Source: a virus | Lineage: Duplodnaviria; Caudoviricetes | Direction: 5' to 3' (one strand) | DNA length: 64,000 bases | Virus record (IMG/VR): IMGVR_UViG_3300019742_000001 | Part shown: positions 27,538 through 36,842 of the stretch, piece by piece | Layout: each line of letters begins with the position of its first letter | Numbering within the stretch: the stretch's first letter is position 1 | Position numbers and translations under genes: made by a program | Notes under the pieces: model-generated | The model's database searches: none | What the model was told of the DNA's origin: nothing | The model's input: only the letters and a program-made list of their open reading frames with translations

Positions 27538-29337
27538 CTATCCCAACATTTCCATCAAGTCAACATATGAAATGATTGGAACTCCGTAATCCATAGCCTT
27601 CTTTGTCTTACCACTCATATTAGTAGGATCATTGGTTACAAGATAATCAATCTTCTTACTCATACCATTGACACTCCCACCATTGGAATCAATCATTTTC
27701 TTTAGTACATCCCGTTTGATATCACTACTTCCTGTTAAACAAAATGACTTTCCACTAAGGTTATTCGTTGATGATGACCATTCCAAACCATTCTCAACCA
27801 AAATCTCATAAATTACTTTAAACTCACCAATCTGTTCAACAAAATTCTTAGCAAGAATCTGTCCGATACCATCAATTTTTACCAAATCTTCCTCTGTTAA
27901 TGTCCAGATATCAACAAAATCATAACCTTTTAGAATGCTCTTTGATGCTCGGTCACCAATACCTGTCATCCCAAATGAAGATAATAATTTGTCTGGTGTT
28001 GTTTTAAGGGTTTTGTTTATCTCAAAAATGATCTGTTGTGCCCGACGAATACCAAACCCTGACAACTGTGAAATTTCAATTTCATCAAGATCATAAACCT
28101 CTTTGAGTGTCGTAACACCTAGTTTTTTAAGGGTTACTGCAGTGACATTTTCACATCCAAGTTTGGTAAGAAAGTGTTCTACAACTTGTGTGTCACGGTC
28201 TTCACATACTGGAGCAACACATACAAGATCAACACCTTTCCATTGTAACAATGAACCACAAGACGGACATGATTTGTTTTTGTCAGTGATTTCAACGGAT
28301 TCCAACACAAAATCAATGTATGGAATTACATCACCTGAACGATAGATCCCTACTCTAGCACCAATATCAATACCATTATCTATAACAAATTTTGCATTAA
28401 ATCCTGTTGAGTTTGATACCGTTACCCCACCAATTTCTGTTGGGTCAATATTTACAACAGGAATAACACGACCTGTACGACCAACTTGCCATGTTACCCC
28501 AACAACATTACAGATGGTAGCATCTTCGTTTACTTTGAAGGCAACCTTGTCATCAGGATAATATGTGTCTTCACGTTGACTGTCATTACGGACAATTACA
28601 ACACCATCAATGTCATAGTTGTTTTCTTCTTTCCATTTCCTAAGAAGTGTTACCAGTTGTTCGTCTGTCTTTTCATCATCAACAACACTAGGTGCAAGTG
28701 GTAATCCAAGTTCTTCCATTTGCCAAATTCTGGTCATTTCATCATTGAATTCTGGATTAAATCCAATCTGTTCTACTAATTCATAGAACAATACAACCAA
28801 ATGTTCACACTGTTCTTCACCGTCACGATTCAGTATCCCAGCAACTCCATTTCGTCGTGTCTTATATCCAAGATCCTTGTATACATCACCAACCAACATT
28901 ACTTCTGCACGATATGACCCTGTTACTGGTTTGTTTAATTTTTGCGGTACTGCCTGTACCAACTTAGTAGTAATATCAGTACCATATGTTCCGTCACCCC
29001 TTGTTAATGCACGATTGTATTCACCATCTACATATTGAACCAAGGCAGACACACCGTCTAATTTTGCCCAATAAACCTTATCACCTGAGACTTCTGACAA
29101 AAAGTTCTGACAAGTTCCATCGGATTTAACTTTTGTTAATGAACCAAGAATGAATGGAAGTTCAACCTTCTGACCATCTACTGACGCACCTACAATATTA
29201 TTATAACTATTGTCTGGATACAATAACCGAAACCCTGTTTTAAATGCATCATATTCAAAGTCAGATATTGATGGTGTTCCTAGTTCATACTCCCTATCAA
29301 ATTTCCGTAACCCTTCAACCATTTGTGTTTCAGTCAT
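27538..29337 (-). CDS. ligA: NAD-dependent DNA ligase with BRCT domain
   Basis: AKLDGVS, TRGDG, YDIDGVV, VAFK, WQVGRTG, zinc finger, HhH repeats, BRCT. Confidence 0.93.
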   Translation of the reverse strand: MTETQMVEGLRKFDREYELGTPSISDFEYDAFKTGFRLLYPDNSYNNIVGASVDGQKVELPFILGSLTKVKSDGTCQNFLSEVSGDKVYWAKLDGVSALVQYVDGEYNRALTRGDGTYGTDITTKLVQAVPQKLNKPVTGSYRAEVMLVGDVYKDLGYKTRRNGVAGILNRDGEEQCEHLVVLFYELVEQIGFNPEFNDEMTRIWQMEELGLPLAPSVVDDEKTDEQLVTLLRKWKEENNYDIDGVVIVRNDSQREDTYYPDDKVAFKVNEDATICNVVGVTWQVGRTGRVIPVVNIDPTEIGGVTVSNSTGFNAKFVIDNGIDIGARVGIYRSGDVIPYIDFVLESVEITDKNKSCPSCGSLLQWKGVDLVCVAPVCEDRDTQVVEHFLTKLGCENVTAVTLKKLGVTTLKEVYDLDEIEISQLSGFGIRRAQQIIFEINKTLKTTPDKLLSSFGMTGIGDRASKSILKGYDFVDIWTLTEEDLVKIDGIGQILAKNFVEQIGEFKVIYEILVENGLEWSSSTNNLSGKSFCLTGSSDIKRDVLKKMIDSNGGSVNGMSKKIDYLVTNDPTNMSGKTKKAMDYGVPIISYVDLMEMLG

Positions 29338-29348
29338 ATAATAATCCT

Positions 29349-29873
29349 TTAATATTCGATGAATGGACCAAAATCAATCAGTCGATCAAGATGTTCCCAC
29401 ATTTTAATCTCAGTTTCGTGGAATTTATCACTTTCTTTCATTTCTGACATGAGAGTTTCCTTGAAATATGGATACTCTTTGGCATACATCATGAACTTTT
29501 CTTGACTATCATGTGTAGTCATTGTGATGTTGGCAATCCGATCACCTAACTTCACCATACGAGCAAAATGATCCTTTGCCAAGATAGGATATGTGTTTTC
29601 TTGACGTTCTTTTCTGTTTCGACCTCGTTTGTCAGTAACAAGATATGTCAACTCAGCAACACGATCACCAAATTCATCGTTAACATCTTCATATACTACC
29701 TGTGTATCTTCAATAGTATCATGTAACCAAGACACTACAAGAATCAACTCTTCAAAAACTCCAAAGGTCATCAAAATGTTATAGACATCGTTCAAATGTT
29801 TTGTGTAGGCATATCCACCGTATGTATCACCGTCATGTGCCTTAGTGGCAAACTTTTTAGCATCTAATAACAT
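29349..29873 (-). CDS. HD-domain hydrolase, RelA/SpoT (Mesh1-like) type
   Basis: AH.G..Y...Y..HL..V, WLHDTIEDT, VKLGDRIAN. Confidence 0.85.
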   Translation of the reverse strand: MLLDAKKFATKAHDGDTYGGYAYTKHLNDVYNILMTFGVFEELILVVSWLHDTIEDTQVVYEDVNDEFGDRVAELTYLVTDKRGRNRKERQENTYPILAKDHFARMVKLGDRIANITMTTHDSQEKFMMYAKEYPYFKETLMSEMKESDKFHETEIKMWEHLDRLIDFGPFIEY

Positions 29874-29894
29874 TTTGATTCCCTCTCAATGAAG

Positions 29895-30119
29895 TTACAG
29901 TATAAGTGATGATTCGTTTTCAGTCAAGGATTTTACTGCCTCAGTTTCTTCAATACTCTGTCCACAGTTCATACAAATATACGAACTTCCTACTGGTGCA
30001 ATTCCAGCTTTACCTGATGGACTCATTACAGCAGACACTTTCACAAAGGTCAAAATCTCTGTAAATGCCTGACTCTTACATTGGATACACTCTACAATTT
30101 CTTGTTCTTCAATACTCAT
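29895..30119 (-). CDS. small zinc-binding protein
   Basis: CIQC ... CMNC. Confidence 0.55.
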   Translation of the reverse strand: MSIEEQEIVECIQCKSQAFTEILTFVKVSAVMSPSGKAGIAPVGSSYICMNCGQSIEETEAVKSLTENESSLIL

Positions 30120-30826
30120 TCTTTTAAATCTCCTTCTGACTCATCATAATCTATTCTGGTATGGTAAATTCCATCCAGTTCCCTAATTAACCTACTTTGC
30201 ACCTGTCTTAATGTACCAACTTTCATTTCATCCAATTGCTCATCTTCTCTCAAACGATCAATTGTATCTTTTACTACTTTAATCTTTGACTCTGGTGTTG
30301 TCAATTTATCAGCCATAGATTTTGCTGTTGCCTCAACCGCATCAGCTATCATCAACAACGACGAATACTCAGATGATGGTTTTGGTGTGTTATACCGAAA
30401 ATGAGTCTCATCTTTACAATCGGTTTTGTTACAAATCGATTTTAAAACAGTATCTCCGTGATGTTCAATAATTACTTCCAACACTGACCTTGGAATATCT
30501 GTTTCTGCTGTCAATATCGCAATACTATCTGATATATGTCTTGTTATGATCTGATATGACATCTTTGGATCAAGTTGGTCATGTGGATTGTCTCCATTCT
30601 GATTCTCAGTAAAATAAGAAGGATTCCAAATCTTCCCTATGTCGTGATATTGAGCACAAACCTTTATGAAGGTTACATCAAGTCCGAGATCGGATGCCAC
30701 AGCCTCAACCAGACCTATTACTGCCTGTGTATGTCTGAATGTTCCGGGAGCCACAGCCTTAAACCTTTGAAGTAATGGATATTCTAAATCCAAATATTGT
30801 TTTAAATGTTCACTATCATCTGTCAT
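30116..30826 (-). CDS. stand-alone HD domain of the PgpH/7TM-HD phosphodiesterase family
   Basis: APGTFRH, YHDIGK..NP.YF.ENQ..NPHD, HHGDT, FRY..PKP, LMIADAVEA. Confidence 0.85.
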   Translation of the reverse strand: MTDDSEHLKQYLDLEYPLLQRFKAVAPGTFRHTQAVIGLVEAVASDLGLDVTFIKVCAQYHDIGKIWNPSYFTENQNGDNPHDQLDPKMSYQIITRHISDSIAILTAETDIPRSVLEVIIEHHGDTVLKSICNKTDCKDETHFRYNTPKPSSEYSSLLMIADAVEATAKSMADKLTTPESKIKVVKDTIDRLREDEQLDEMKVGTLRQVQSRLIRELDGIYHTRIDYDESEGDLKE

Positions 30827-30836
30827 ACTCCCTCCA

Positions 30837-31286
30837 TTAACTCCTTAGTTTATTCCTTAATTTCATCAACCGTGAACAGAACTCCGTTGTGGTCAATATG
30901 GTTTCATTTTTCTTCCTACGTCCCATCGAATGTGTCAATATCCCTGTCCCAGAAGCCAGTAGTGCCTTCCTAAAACCCTCACTATCGTCACATAATGCAT
31001 TGTATGCTCTATCTAAAAGATCTTGATATCTATCACTATCTCTTTTTAACTCAACACCCATCCAATACAGTTTTTGTTTCGTCTTCCAATTCTTCTTTGA
31101 ACCCTTTTTCTTTGCAGCGAAACCAACTAACTTACAAATTTCAATCTGCATATCAGGGTTAGAATACTTTAATGATTGAAGGAATCCTTCCATTGAGTTA
31201 CAAACAACTCCATCCAACTCAAATCGGTGTCCAGCAAAATTAGACAATTTATTTGATGGATAACTTCCATTACTTCTTATATCCAT
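30837..31286 (-). CDS. NADAR-like protein (T4 gp30.3-like)
   Basis: LSNF..H.F.LDG..C.SMEGFLQSLK, LYW.G, F..ALL. Confidence 0.75.
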   Translation of the reverse strand: MDIRSNGSYPSNKLSNFAGHRFELDGVVCNSMEGFLQSLKYSNPDMQIEICKLVGFAAKKKGSKKNWKTKQKLYWMGVELKRDSDRYQDLLDRAYNALCDDSEGFRKALLASGTGILTHSMGRRKKNETILTTTEFCSRLMKLRNKLRS

Positions 31287-31366
31287 TCATACCCCCCGTA
31301 ATTGAAAAAGTCTATGATAGACTAACACCACAGACTTTAACACTTTCCGTATAGATTGTAAACTAC

Positions 31367-31825
31367 TCAAATATCCTTTGAGTATGATGCCTTAATAACA
31401 AATGGTTGTCTCTCCAAACCATAATGTCGTGCCATTTTATTTGGTGTCACACGAAATTCATCCCATCCTAACAAGTAAGCACAAATCTCAGAACACCACC
31501 ACTTATCATTCTTCTGTTTCTTTATCGGAATAATATACCAAAATAATATACCAAAATAGTCATACTTCTTTCCAACTAAATCTGATGATTTATATCTAAG
31601 AAGTCTTTCTTGTTCCTCTGTAATATCAATATCTACATATTCCCATGTATTAGGATCATATGATATCTCCTTGAATCTAACTTCACCTTCTCTCGGTGAT
31701 GAAGACAAACTCATTCCGTCAGAGAAAACAAGTTCTATATGTGAATATCCATACATTCCTGTACCGATATCTATAATCTTATCAATTTTTGTTCCTTTTG
31801 ATGATTTATAAAATGCTAATTTCAT
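31367..31825 (-). CDS. permuted papain-like (YiiX/YebB-like) amidase
   Basis: YSHIEL ... KYDYFGI ... WWCSEI (His before Cys); TATAAATA at 31851-31858. Confidence 0.8.
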   Translation of the reverse strand: MKLAFYKSSKGTKIDKIIDIGTGMYGYSHIELVFSDGMSLSSSPREGEVRFKEISYDPNTWEYVDIDITEEQERLLRYKSSDLVGKKYDYFGILFWYIIPIKKQKNDKWWCSEICAYLLGWDEFRVTPNKMARHYGLERQPFVIKASYSKDI

Positions 31826-31897
31826 TAAATACCTCCATAATTATATAGAGTATTTATAAAAAAAAGAGGTGACCCTATAAAGAATCACCCCTCCAAA

Positions 31898-32086
31898 CTA
31901 CGTTACTGGTTTAGTTCTATAGAACACATGATAAAAATCTTGTTCTACTTGAATCGTAATAACATCATCTGCTGTTAATCCAAGTTGTCCCAGTTTAACG
32001 TTCATTTCCTGGACCATTGCTGGTGGTGTTTTTGACTTACCTTGCGGCGTAAAAACAGGAATTCCAAATGCTGACACTTTACTCAT
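31898..32086 (-). CDS. hypothetical protein
   Basis: 62 aa ORF with RBS. Confidence 0.5.
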   Translation of the reverse strand: MSKVSAFGIPVFTPQGKSKTPPAMVQEMNVKLGQLGLTADDVITIQVEQDFYHVFYRTKPVT

Positions 32087-32105
32087 ACAATATTACCTCA
32101 CAAAT

Positions 32106-32378
32106 TTATTTTACTTCTTCTACCTCTTCTTCCATTTCAAACATATCAAGGTCGCGACCTTCTTTGAACTCACTGATAAACTTGTTCTCTTGAATACTTG
32201 CATACTCATCGTTATCCATAATTACACACAAAAGTAATTGCTTTGGTAACTCAAATAATACTTGTAAGAACCTAACAACAACCATACATAATTGTAGGAT
32301 AGGTTGGAAGTAATCCATAGCCACACCAACAAAAAATGTCTTCTGAATGCTCATAAAATCTTTAATTGTTTGTTTCAT
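32106..32378 (-). CDS. hypothetical protein
   Basis: 90 aa with a hydrophobic middle segment. Confidence 0.5.
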   Translation of the reverse strand: MKQTIKDFMSIQKTFFVGVAMDYFQPILQLCMVVVRFLQVLFELPKQLLLCVIMDNDEYASIQENKFISEFKEGRDLDMFEMEEEVEEVK

Positions 32379-32612
32379 AATATTACCTTTCGTTGGGGGT
32401 TAATTTGATATGTTCTTATAATACACAATCTGATCTGAAACGTCAACCAATTACTTACTTCAACATTTCAAGATCTTCCATCCACGAATCATAACACCTT
32501 GGGCATAAATTGATTTTTGTTGGTAACTGTAATGACTTATCCCAACCCATAAAATCTACTTTCTTTGGGTCATTTGTTTTATTCTTGCATCCGTAACACC
32601 TGACTCGGTTCT

Positions 32613-33191
32613 TCATACTTTAGATATCTCCACCCGTTCAAACCACCCACGAGCATATCTCTCTTGATTAGGTGATTTCTTCATATAATTTATGTAATGG
32701 TTCCCCTGTAAAACATTCAACATCTTCAACAACAATTCAATACTATCATTCTCAAGATATAATTTCAAACATTTTTCTGTTGTCGGACCAAAATCACCAT
32801 CTTCAACCATATCAGAGTACAATTTACCATTACGATTCAATATATTAAGTGAGATCTGTAGAAATTTGACTGCCCTACCAACTCCCATATTAACCGATGT
32901 GTCAAACATTTCCATTGCCAACCCTAATGACATTGAGTCACCTTCATATGGATCGAAATACTTCTGTTTGTACAACTTTTTAACATCTATTTGAAGTAGT
33001 TCATCATCTTCAAGACATTCTGGAAAGTCAGTATCATCTCTAAGTGCGTCAATTACAAACCAACCACCCCACGATGGATTATACTTTCTGGAAATACCTT
33101 TGTATGTTTCTCCACCCGCATCAAGTGGATCATTACAGTAACCACCTTCATTCTTCATCGTTTTTGCATATGATTCTAAATAACAACTCAT
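32613..33191 (-). CDS. GH108 muramidase endolysin with peptidoglycan-binding domain
   Basis: EGGYCNDPLDAGGETYKGI, FDTSVNMG, DGDFGPTT, RGWF.R. Confidence 0.9.
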   Translation of the reverse strand: MSCYLESYAKTMKNEGGYCNDPLDAGGETYKGISRKYNPSWGGWFVIDALRDDTDFPECLEDDELLQIDVKKLYKQKYFDPYEGDSMSLGLAMEMFDTSVNMGVGRAVKFLQISLNILNRNGKLYSDMVEDGDFGPTTEKCLKLYLENDSIELLLKMLNVLQGNHYINYMKKSPNQERYARGWFERVEISKV

Positions 33192-33201
33192 CTGAACTCC
33201 T

Positions 33202-33489
33202 TTATTTAACCTTCACATGACACCCACCACATTTCGTTGGAGCCTCATTCTCTGGTAATTTATGACATCCTTTACATTCAGTATGTCCGTATTTCTTATC
33301 AACTTGCACTGGTGAACCATGAATATGACACACGGTACAATCCTCAATCACACTTGAATGTGTTGTATGATTGAATGTCACATCACCTTTACCTGTATAA
33401 TGTTTCGTGAAATCTGTTGATCCTTCCATAGCAAATGCAATACCACCTACCATTAATAACATAACCACTAACAATAAAATCTTCTTCAT
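33202..33489 (-). CDS. triheme cytochrome c7 (PpcA family) with signal peptide
   Basis: Signal peptide ending AFA; GDVTFNHTTH; CTVCH, CKGCH, CGGCH; distal His in YGH; PTKC. Confidence 0.9.
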   Translation of the reverse strand: MKKILLLVVMLLMVGGIAFAMEGSTDFTKHYTGKGDVTFNHTTHSSVIEDCTVCHIHGSPVQVDKKYGHTECKGCHKLPENEAPTKCGGCHVKVK

Positions 33490-33583
33490 AAAAAATCTCC
33501 TTTATTTGATTTATAATACACAAGTATTTAACCATAAAAAGGAGATTAATGTAAACGACATCTACCGTCATTTCTATAGATGT

Positions 33584-34312
33584 CTATGTATCTGATTGTT
33601 CTTTCCACAATATATTCATTGATTTATATAACATACCTGATGAATTTGTAGCATTTGGTACCGAAATACCCAAAAAGTTGATATTCTCTGTCAACTTATC
33701 AAAAATTATGTTATGTACATCACCTTTAATTCGCTTCTTCTTTAGTTCTGAATATCCCTGTAACCCAATAACTTTCTTGAAACTACTAGATATGGAATCA
33801 TTAGATACTTTACCAAAGTTCTCCCACTTAGAACCATCTTTCCCATACAATCCAAAGTCACCATCTATTCTAGCAACAAATGCATCTTGTTTATACTTCT
33901 TGGCAATCTGTTGCATCACACCGAAAAATAGATCTGTGGATGGTTGATTCAATATTAACCACGATTCCTCTAATGAATCCTCTATCCTACCACCATACGA
34001 ACTACATTGAGATATATTAATATCATCTGGTAACTCAACTGAACATTCTTTCCAATGACCTACCAATCGATAAGCACCATACCCTTTCCCCAACTTAGAT
34101 CTTACATCTTTTAATAATTGGTTATTTTTAGTTTGGTTTGTCTTTATTGATACTTTCTCACCATTTTCGTACTTTCTGAACGCAGTTATGATACAAAAAT
34201 CAACTGATTCATCTTTAAGTTTAGACATTACTCTACTTAATGATGCACCTGATTCAAGGATACATCTTTCCTCAACCTCCAAATCATCTGTTAAATAGGT
34301 GTCTAGTCTCAT
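33584..34312 (-). CDS. hypothetical protein, possibly head-packaged
   Basis: MRLDTYL leader; FCIITAFR...N..L...GHW.E motif seen in large phages. Confidence 0.6.
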   Translation of the reverse strand: MRLDTYLTDDLEVEERCILESGASLSRVMSKLKDESVDFCIITAFRKYENGEKVSIKTNQTKNNQLLKDVRSKLGKGYGAYRLVGHWKECSVELPDDINISQCSSYGGRIEDSLEESWLILNQPSTDLFFGVMQQIAKKYKQDAFVARIDGDFGLYGKDGSKWENFGKVSNDSISSSFKKVIGLQGYSELKKKRIKGDVHNIIFDKLTENINFLGISVPNATNSSGMLYKSMNILWKEQSDT

Positions 34313-34608
34313 ATCGTTATCTCAACCAATTCATTCTTCCATAACATACGCCAGTTCACATAAGATTTCTCATCTTCTGGATGGTTTTTACGGAAGAATC
34401 TAGTTAGATCTCCTGTTTCAATGATAACCTTTTTTGAATTACGGTACAGGTCATCAGTGTAATCGACTGCAGATTTCCAAGGTACACCAGTAACCTTTTC
34501 CATTTGAGAAAGTATCTCTGGCAGATCACTTGATGTTACCTTCTGTACAGTGATTTTAAATGATTTGTGATTCTTTATATCTTTTGTCATCTTCACATTA
34601 ATTGTCAT
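34309..34608 (-). CDS. hypothetical protein
   Basis: 99 aa ORF. Confidence 0.5.
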   Translation of the reverse strand: MTINVKMTKDIKNHKSFKITVQKVTSSDLPEILSQMEKVTGVPWKSAVDYTDDLYRNSKKVIIETGDLTRFFRKNHPEDEKSYVNWRMLWKNELVEITI

Positions 34609-34621
34609 TACTTGTCTCCAT

Positions 34622-34807
34622 TTACTTTAGGGATACACCCAAAACTTTTTTGATTATATTTTTAAACCCTTCCCAATCTTCTGCGTCAAGTATCTGTTCT
34701 AATTGACTGATTTGTGATTTTGTCGCCTCACCATAAAACCTAACAAGTTCTTCAAACCCAAGATTTCCTGCGTATGACGCTTCTTTTAAGTATTTTTCAA
34801 TTCTCAT
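34622..34807 (-). CDS. small hypothetical protein, possibly head-packaged
   Basis: MRIEKYLKE leader; CATAAATA late-like box at 34836-34843. Confidence 0.55.
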   Translation of the reverse strand: MRIEKYLKEASYAGNLGFEELVRFYGEATKSQISQLEQILDAEDWEGFKNIIKKVLGVSLK

Positions 34808-34849
34808 ATTACTTATCCTCCTAATTAGTCGGTAGTATTTATGAAAAAA

Positions 34850-34935
34850 TGGAGGAAGACAACGGACTTGAACCGTATCCTGTCACAGACGAATTGATTT
34901 CCAATCAAACCTAACACCTCGTTAGTTTATCTTCC
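34850..34935 (-). tRNA. tRNA-Ser(GGA)
   Basis: Cloverleaf, loop TT GGA AA, long variable arm, CCA end. Confidence 0.85.
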
Positions 34936-35089
34936 TTTTTGATTCCCTATATCCCATGAATAATATTTCACATATTCATCCCAAAAATCATATGGATTTG
35001 TTGACCTATATGGTGCATTCTTACCTTCAACATACTCATCTGATAGATCTAATCTACATGCCTTACCTTTCGGCATCAATGGATGTTCT

Positions 35090-35317
35090 TTACTCAATTT
35101 CTTCTAACCTTTCCTTATATTCCAAATCATCTAATAATAACAAAAATCTATTACTACACAAGGTATCCAATTGTGTCCATAATGATGAATATCTATACAT
35201 TTTACCGTAATTCGACACCATATTAAACGCATAGTTCAATTGTAAAATGTTTGTACAACTATGAATAACTTTTAAACATTTAGAGTAATCTCTGGATGAT
35301 TGTAAGATATCCTTCAT
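35090..35317 (-). CDS. hypothetical protein
   Basis: True start MKDIL; the longer ORF in the track runs through tRNA genes. Confidence 0.45.
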   Translation of the reverse strand: MKDILQSSRDYSKCLKVIHSCTNILQLNYAFNMVSNYGKMYRYSSLWTQLDTLCSNRFLLLLDDLEYKERLEEIE

Positions 35318-35336
35318 TTGATGTTCCTTTGAAAAG

Positions 35337-35408
35337 TGGTATCGGTAGAAGGAATTGAACCTTCCATCTGTCCGTATGAAGGACGGATTCGTAACCATAC
35401 ATACCGAT
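35337..35408 (-). tRNA. tRNA with probable CAT anticodon (ambiguous), reduced D arm
   Basis: Acceptor ATCGGTA/TACCGAT, T arm and CCA; anticodon arm can fold as TT CAT AC or as CC TTC AT. Confidence 0.55.
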
Positions 35409-35415
35409 ACAAAAG

Positions 35416-35486
35416 TGGAAGCGGAGGAAGGAATCGAACCTTCAAGTAAGTGGTTATGAGCCACCACGATACCCTGAATCCCCGCA
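35416..35486 (-). tRNA. tRNA-Met(CAT), initiator-like
   Basis: CT CAT AA loop, 1:72 mismatch, CCA end, short D arm. Confidence 0.75.
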
Positions 35487-35509
35487 ATAATTGTTTCTAT
35501 GAATATATC

Positions 35510-36163
35510 TTATTGAAGTATTTCTGTCAACGAACCAAAGTTATCTAATAGAACTTCTTTGATATCGTTTGCTATTACACGATGTTCTTTCTGTGTTGCA
35601 TCTTCACATCGTAATTGACAATAATGAATGAATGATCTTACATCACCTGTCAAATACATTGTGGTCATTGTTAATCCTTCTGGTAATACTTTACGTGCAA
35701 CTTCTTTAGCAATACCTTTGTCTAACGCTGCTTTATACAACTCAACAGATTGATCTCTCAGTCGTGCCTGATTGAGTGTCCACCAATCTTGTAATGCCTT
35801 GTCACTGGTTTCAAGTGAATTCTGCCGATTCTTTGTGTCTTGTAATCTAGCCTCTGACAGTTCAAATGAATCTTCGGTGACTTCTGCATATCTCTGTGAA
35901 AACTCTTGGAATTTACACGACTTATGTCTCAAAATTTGTCTACCAATGTCTCTTGTACATTTAATCTCAACTGTCATACTAGCTGTTTCGAATATTGACC
36001 AATGAGCATGATCTGCACAATATTTCAACAATTTAGCTGATGTATCATGGTTTGCCTGATTGGTAGGATTTGATACCCTAGCACAATAAGCAATTAATTC
36101 TTCTGCTGTTTCACATTCATCAATAACTGGTTTTGTTATTGCTACAAGTTTTACACTACTCAT
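35510..36163 (-). CDS. thyX: flavin-dependent thymidylate synthase
   Basis: HWSIFE, RQILRHKS..FQEFSQRY, AKEVARKVLP, R..IHYCQLR, QKEH. Confidence 0.95.
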   Translation of the reverse strand: MSSVKLVAITKPVIDECETAEELIAYCARVSNPTNQANHDTSAKLLKYCADHAHWSIFETASMTVEIKCTRDIGRQILRHKSCKFQEFSQRYAEVTEDSFELSEARLQDTKNRQNSLETSDKALQDWWTLNQARLRDQSVELYKAALDKGIAKEVARKVLPEGLTMTTMYLTGDVRSFIHYCQLRCEDATQKEHRVIANDIKEVLLDNFGSLTEILQ

Positions 36164-36190
36164 CTATCTCCTAGTTTGCGTTTAATTTAA

Positions 36191-36276
36191 TGGAGGAAGA
36201 CAGGGAATTCGAATCCCATCCTGTTACAGACGAACCGCTTAGCAGGCGGACCTAACACCTCGTTAGTTTATCTTCC
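36191..36276 (-). tRNA. tRNA-Ser(GCT)
   Basis: CT GCT AA; body nearly identical to Ser(GGA). Confidence 0.9.
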
Positions 36277-36281
36277 ATATA

Positions 36282-36596
36282 TTATTCTCGTTCAAAATCA
36301 ACTATCTTCATTGTAGCTGTCTCATGTCCTTCTAATTGTTCCTTGTATGAATTATATACACCAGAAGTCATCATATTAAATTCACGTGATGATTTACGAC
36401 AATGATACACACTACCACTATAATTGGTGAATATATACTCAGTATCAGTTTCCTCTGTTTCAGTTATACCTGAACTCAGTTTCCAAGAATCACCATCCAG
36501 ATACCCACCTGACCATCCAGATAATACCTTTTGGATTTTACCGTGTTCGGATTCAAACTCAAGAACTACCCACGTATCAGGTATGTATTCTGACAT
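36282..36596 (-). CDS. conserved phage hypothetical protein
   Basis: PDTWVVL...GWSGGYLDGDSWKLSSGI...SGSVY.C. Confidence 0.65.
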   Translation of the reverse strand: MSEYIPDTWVVLEFESEHGKIQKVLSGWSGGYLDGDSWKLSSGITETEETDTEYIFTNYSGSVYHCRKSSREFNMMTSGVYNSYKEQLEGHETATMKIVDFERE

Positions 36597-36612
36597 TGTT
36601 ATATCCTTTAAA

Positions 36613-36688
36613 TGGAGCCGACAACAGGAATCGAACCTGTAACACCCTCATTACAAGTGAGGTACTCTGCCAATTGAGCTATGTCGGC
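36613..36688 (-). tRNA. tRNA-Thr(TGT)
   Basis: Canonical cloverleaf, CCA end. Confidence 0.95.
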
Positions 36689-36691
36689 AAA

Positions 36692-36780
36692 TGGAGGAAG
36701 GTAAGGGATTCGAACCCTTAACGGGTATTACACCGCTACTTGTTTTCAAGACAAGCTCCTCGTCCAACCGGACACCTTCC
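36692..36780 (-). tRNA. tRNA-Ser(TGA)
   Basis: CT TGA AA, long variable arm. Confidence 0.92.
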
Positions 36781-36842
36781 ATTTTCTCTTTAATACTATA
36801 CAACAAAACCTTAATTTTACTTTATACTATGAAAGAAAGTAA

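Noticed and set aside
35337-35408. Possible opal (TCA) suppressor tRNA
   Set aside because: A CT TCA TA loop cannot be closed by a paired stem and would put a pyrimidine at position 37
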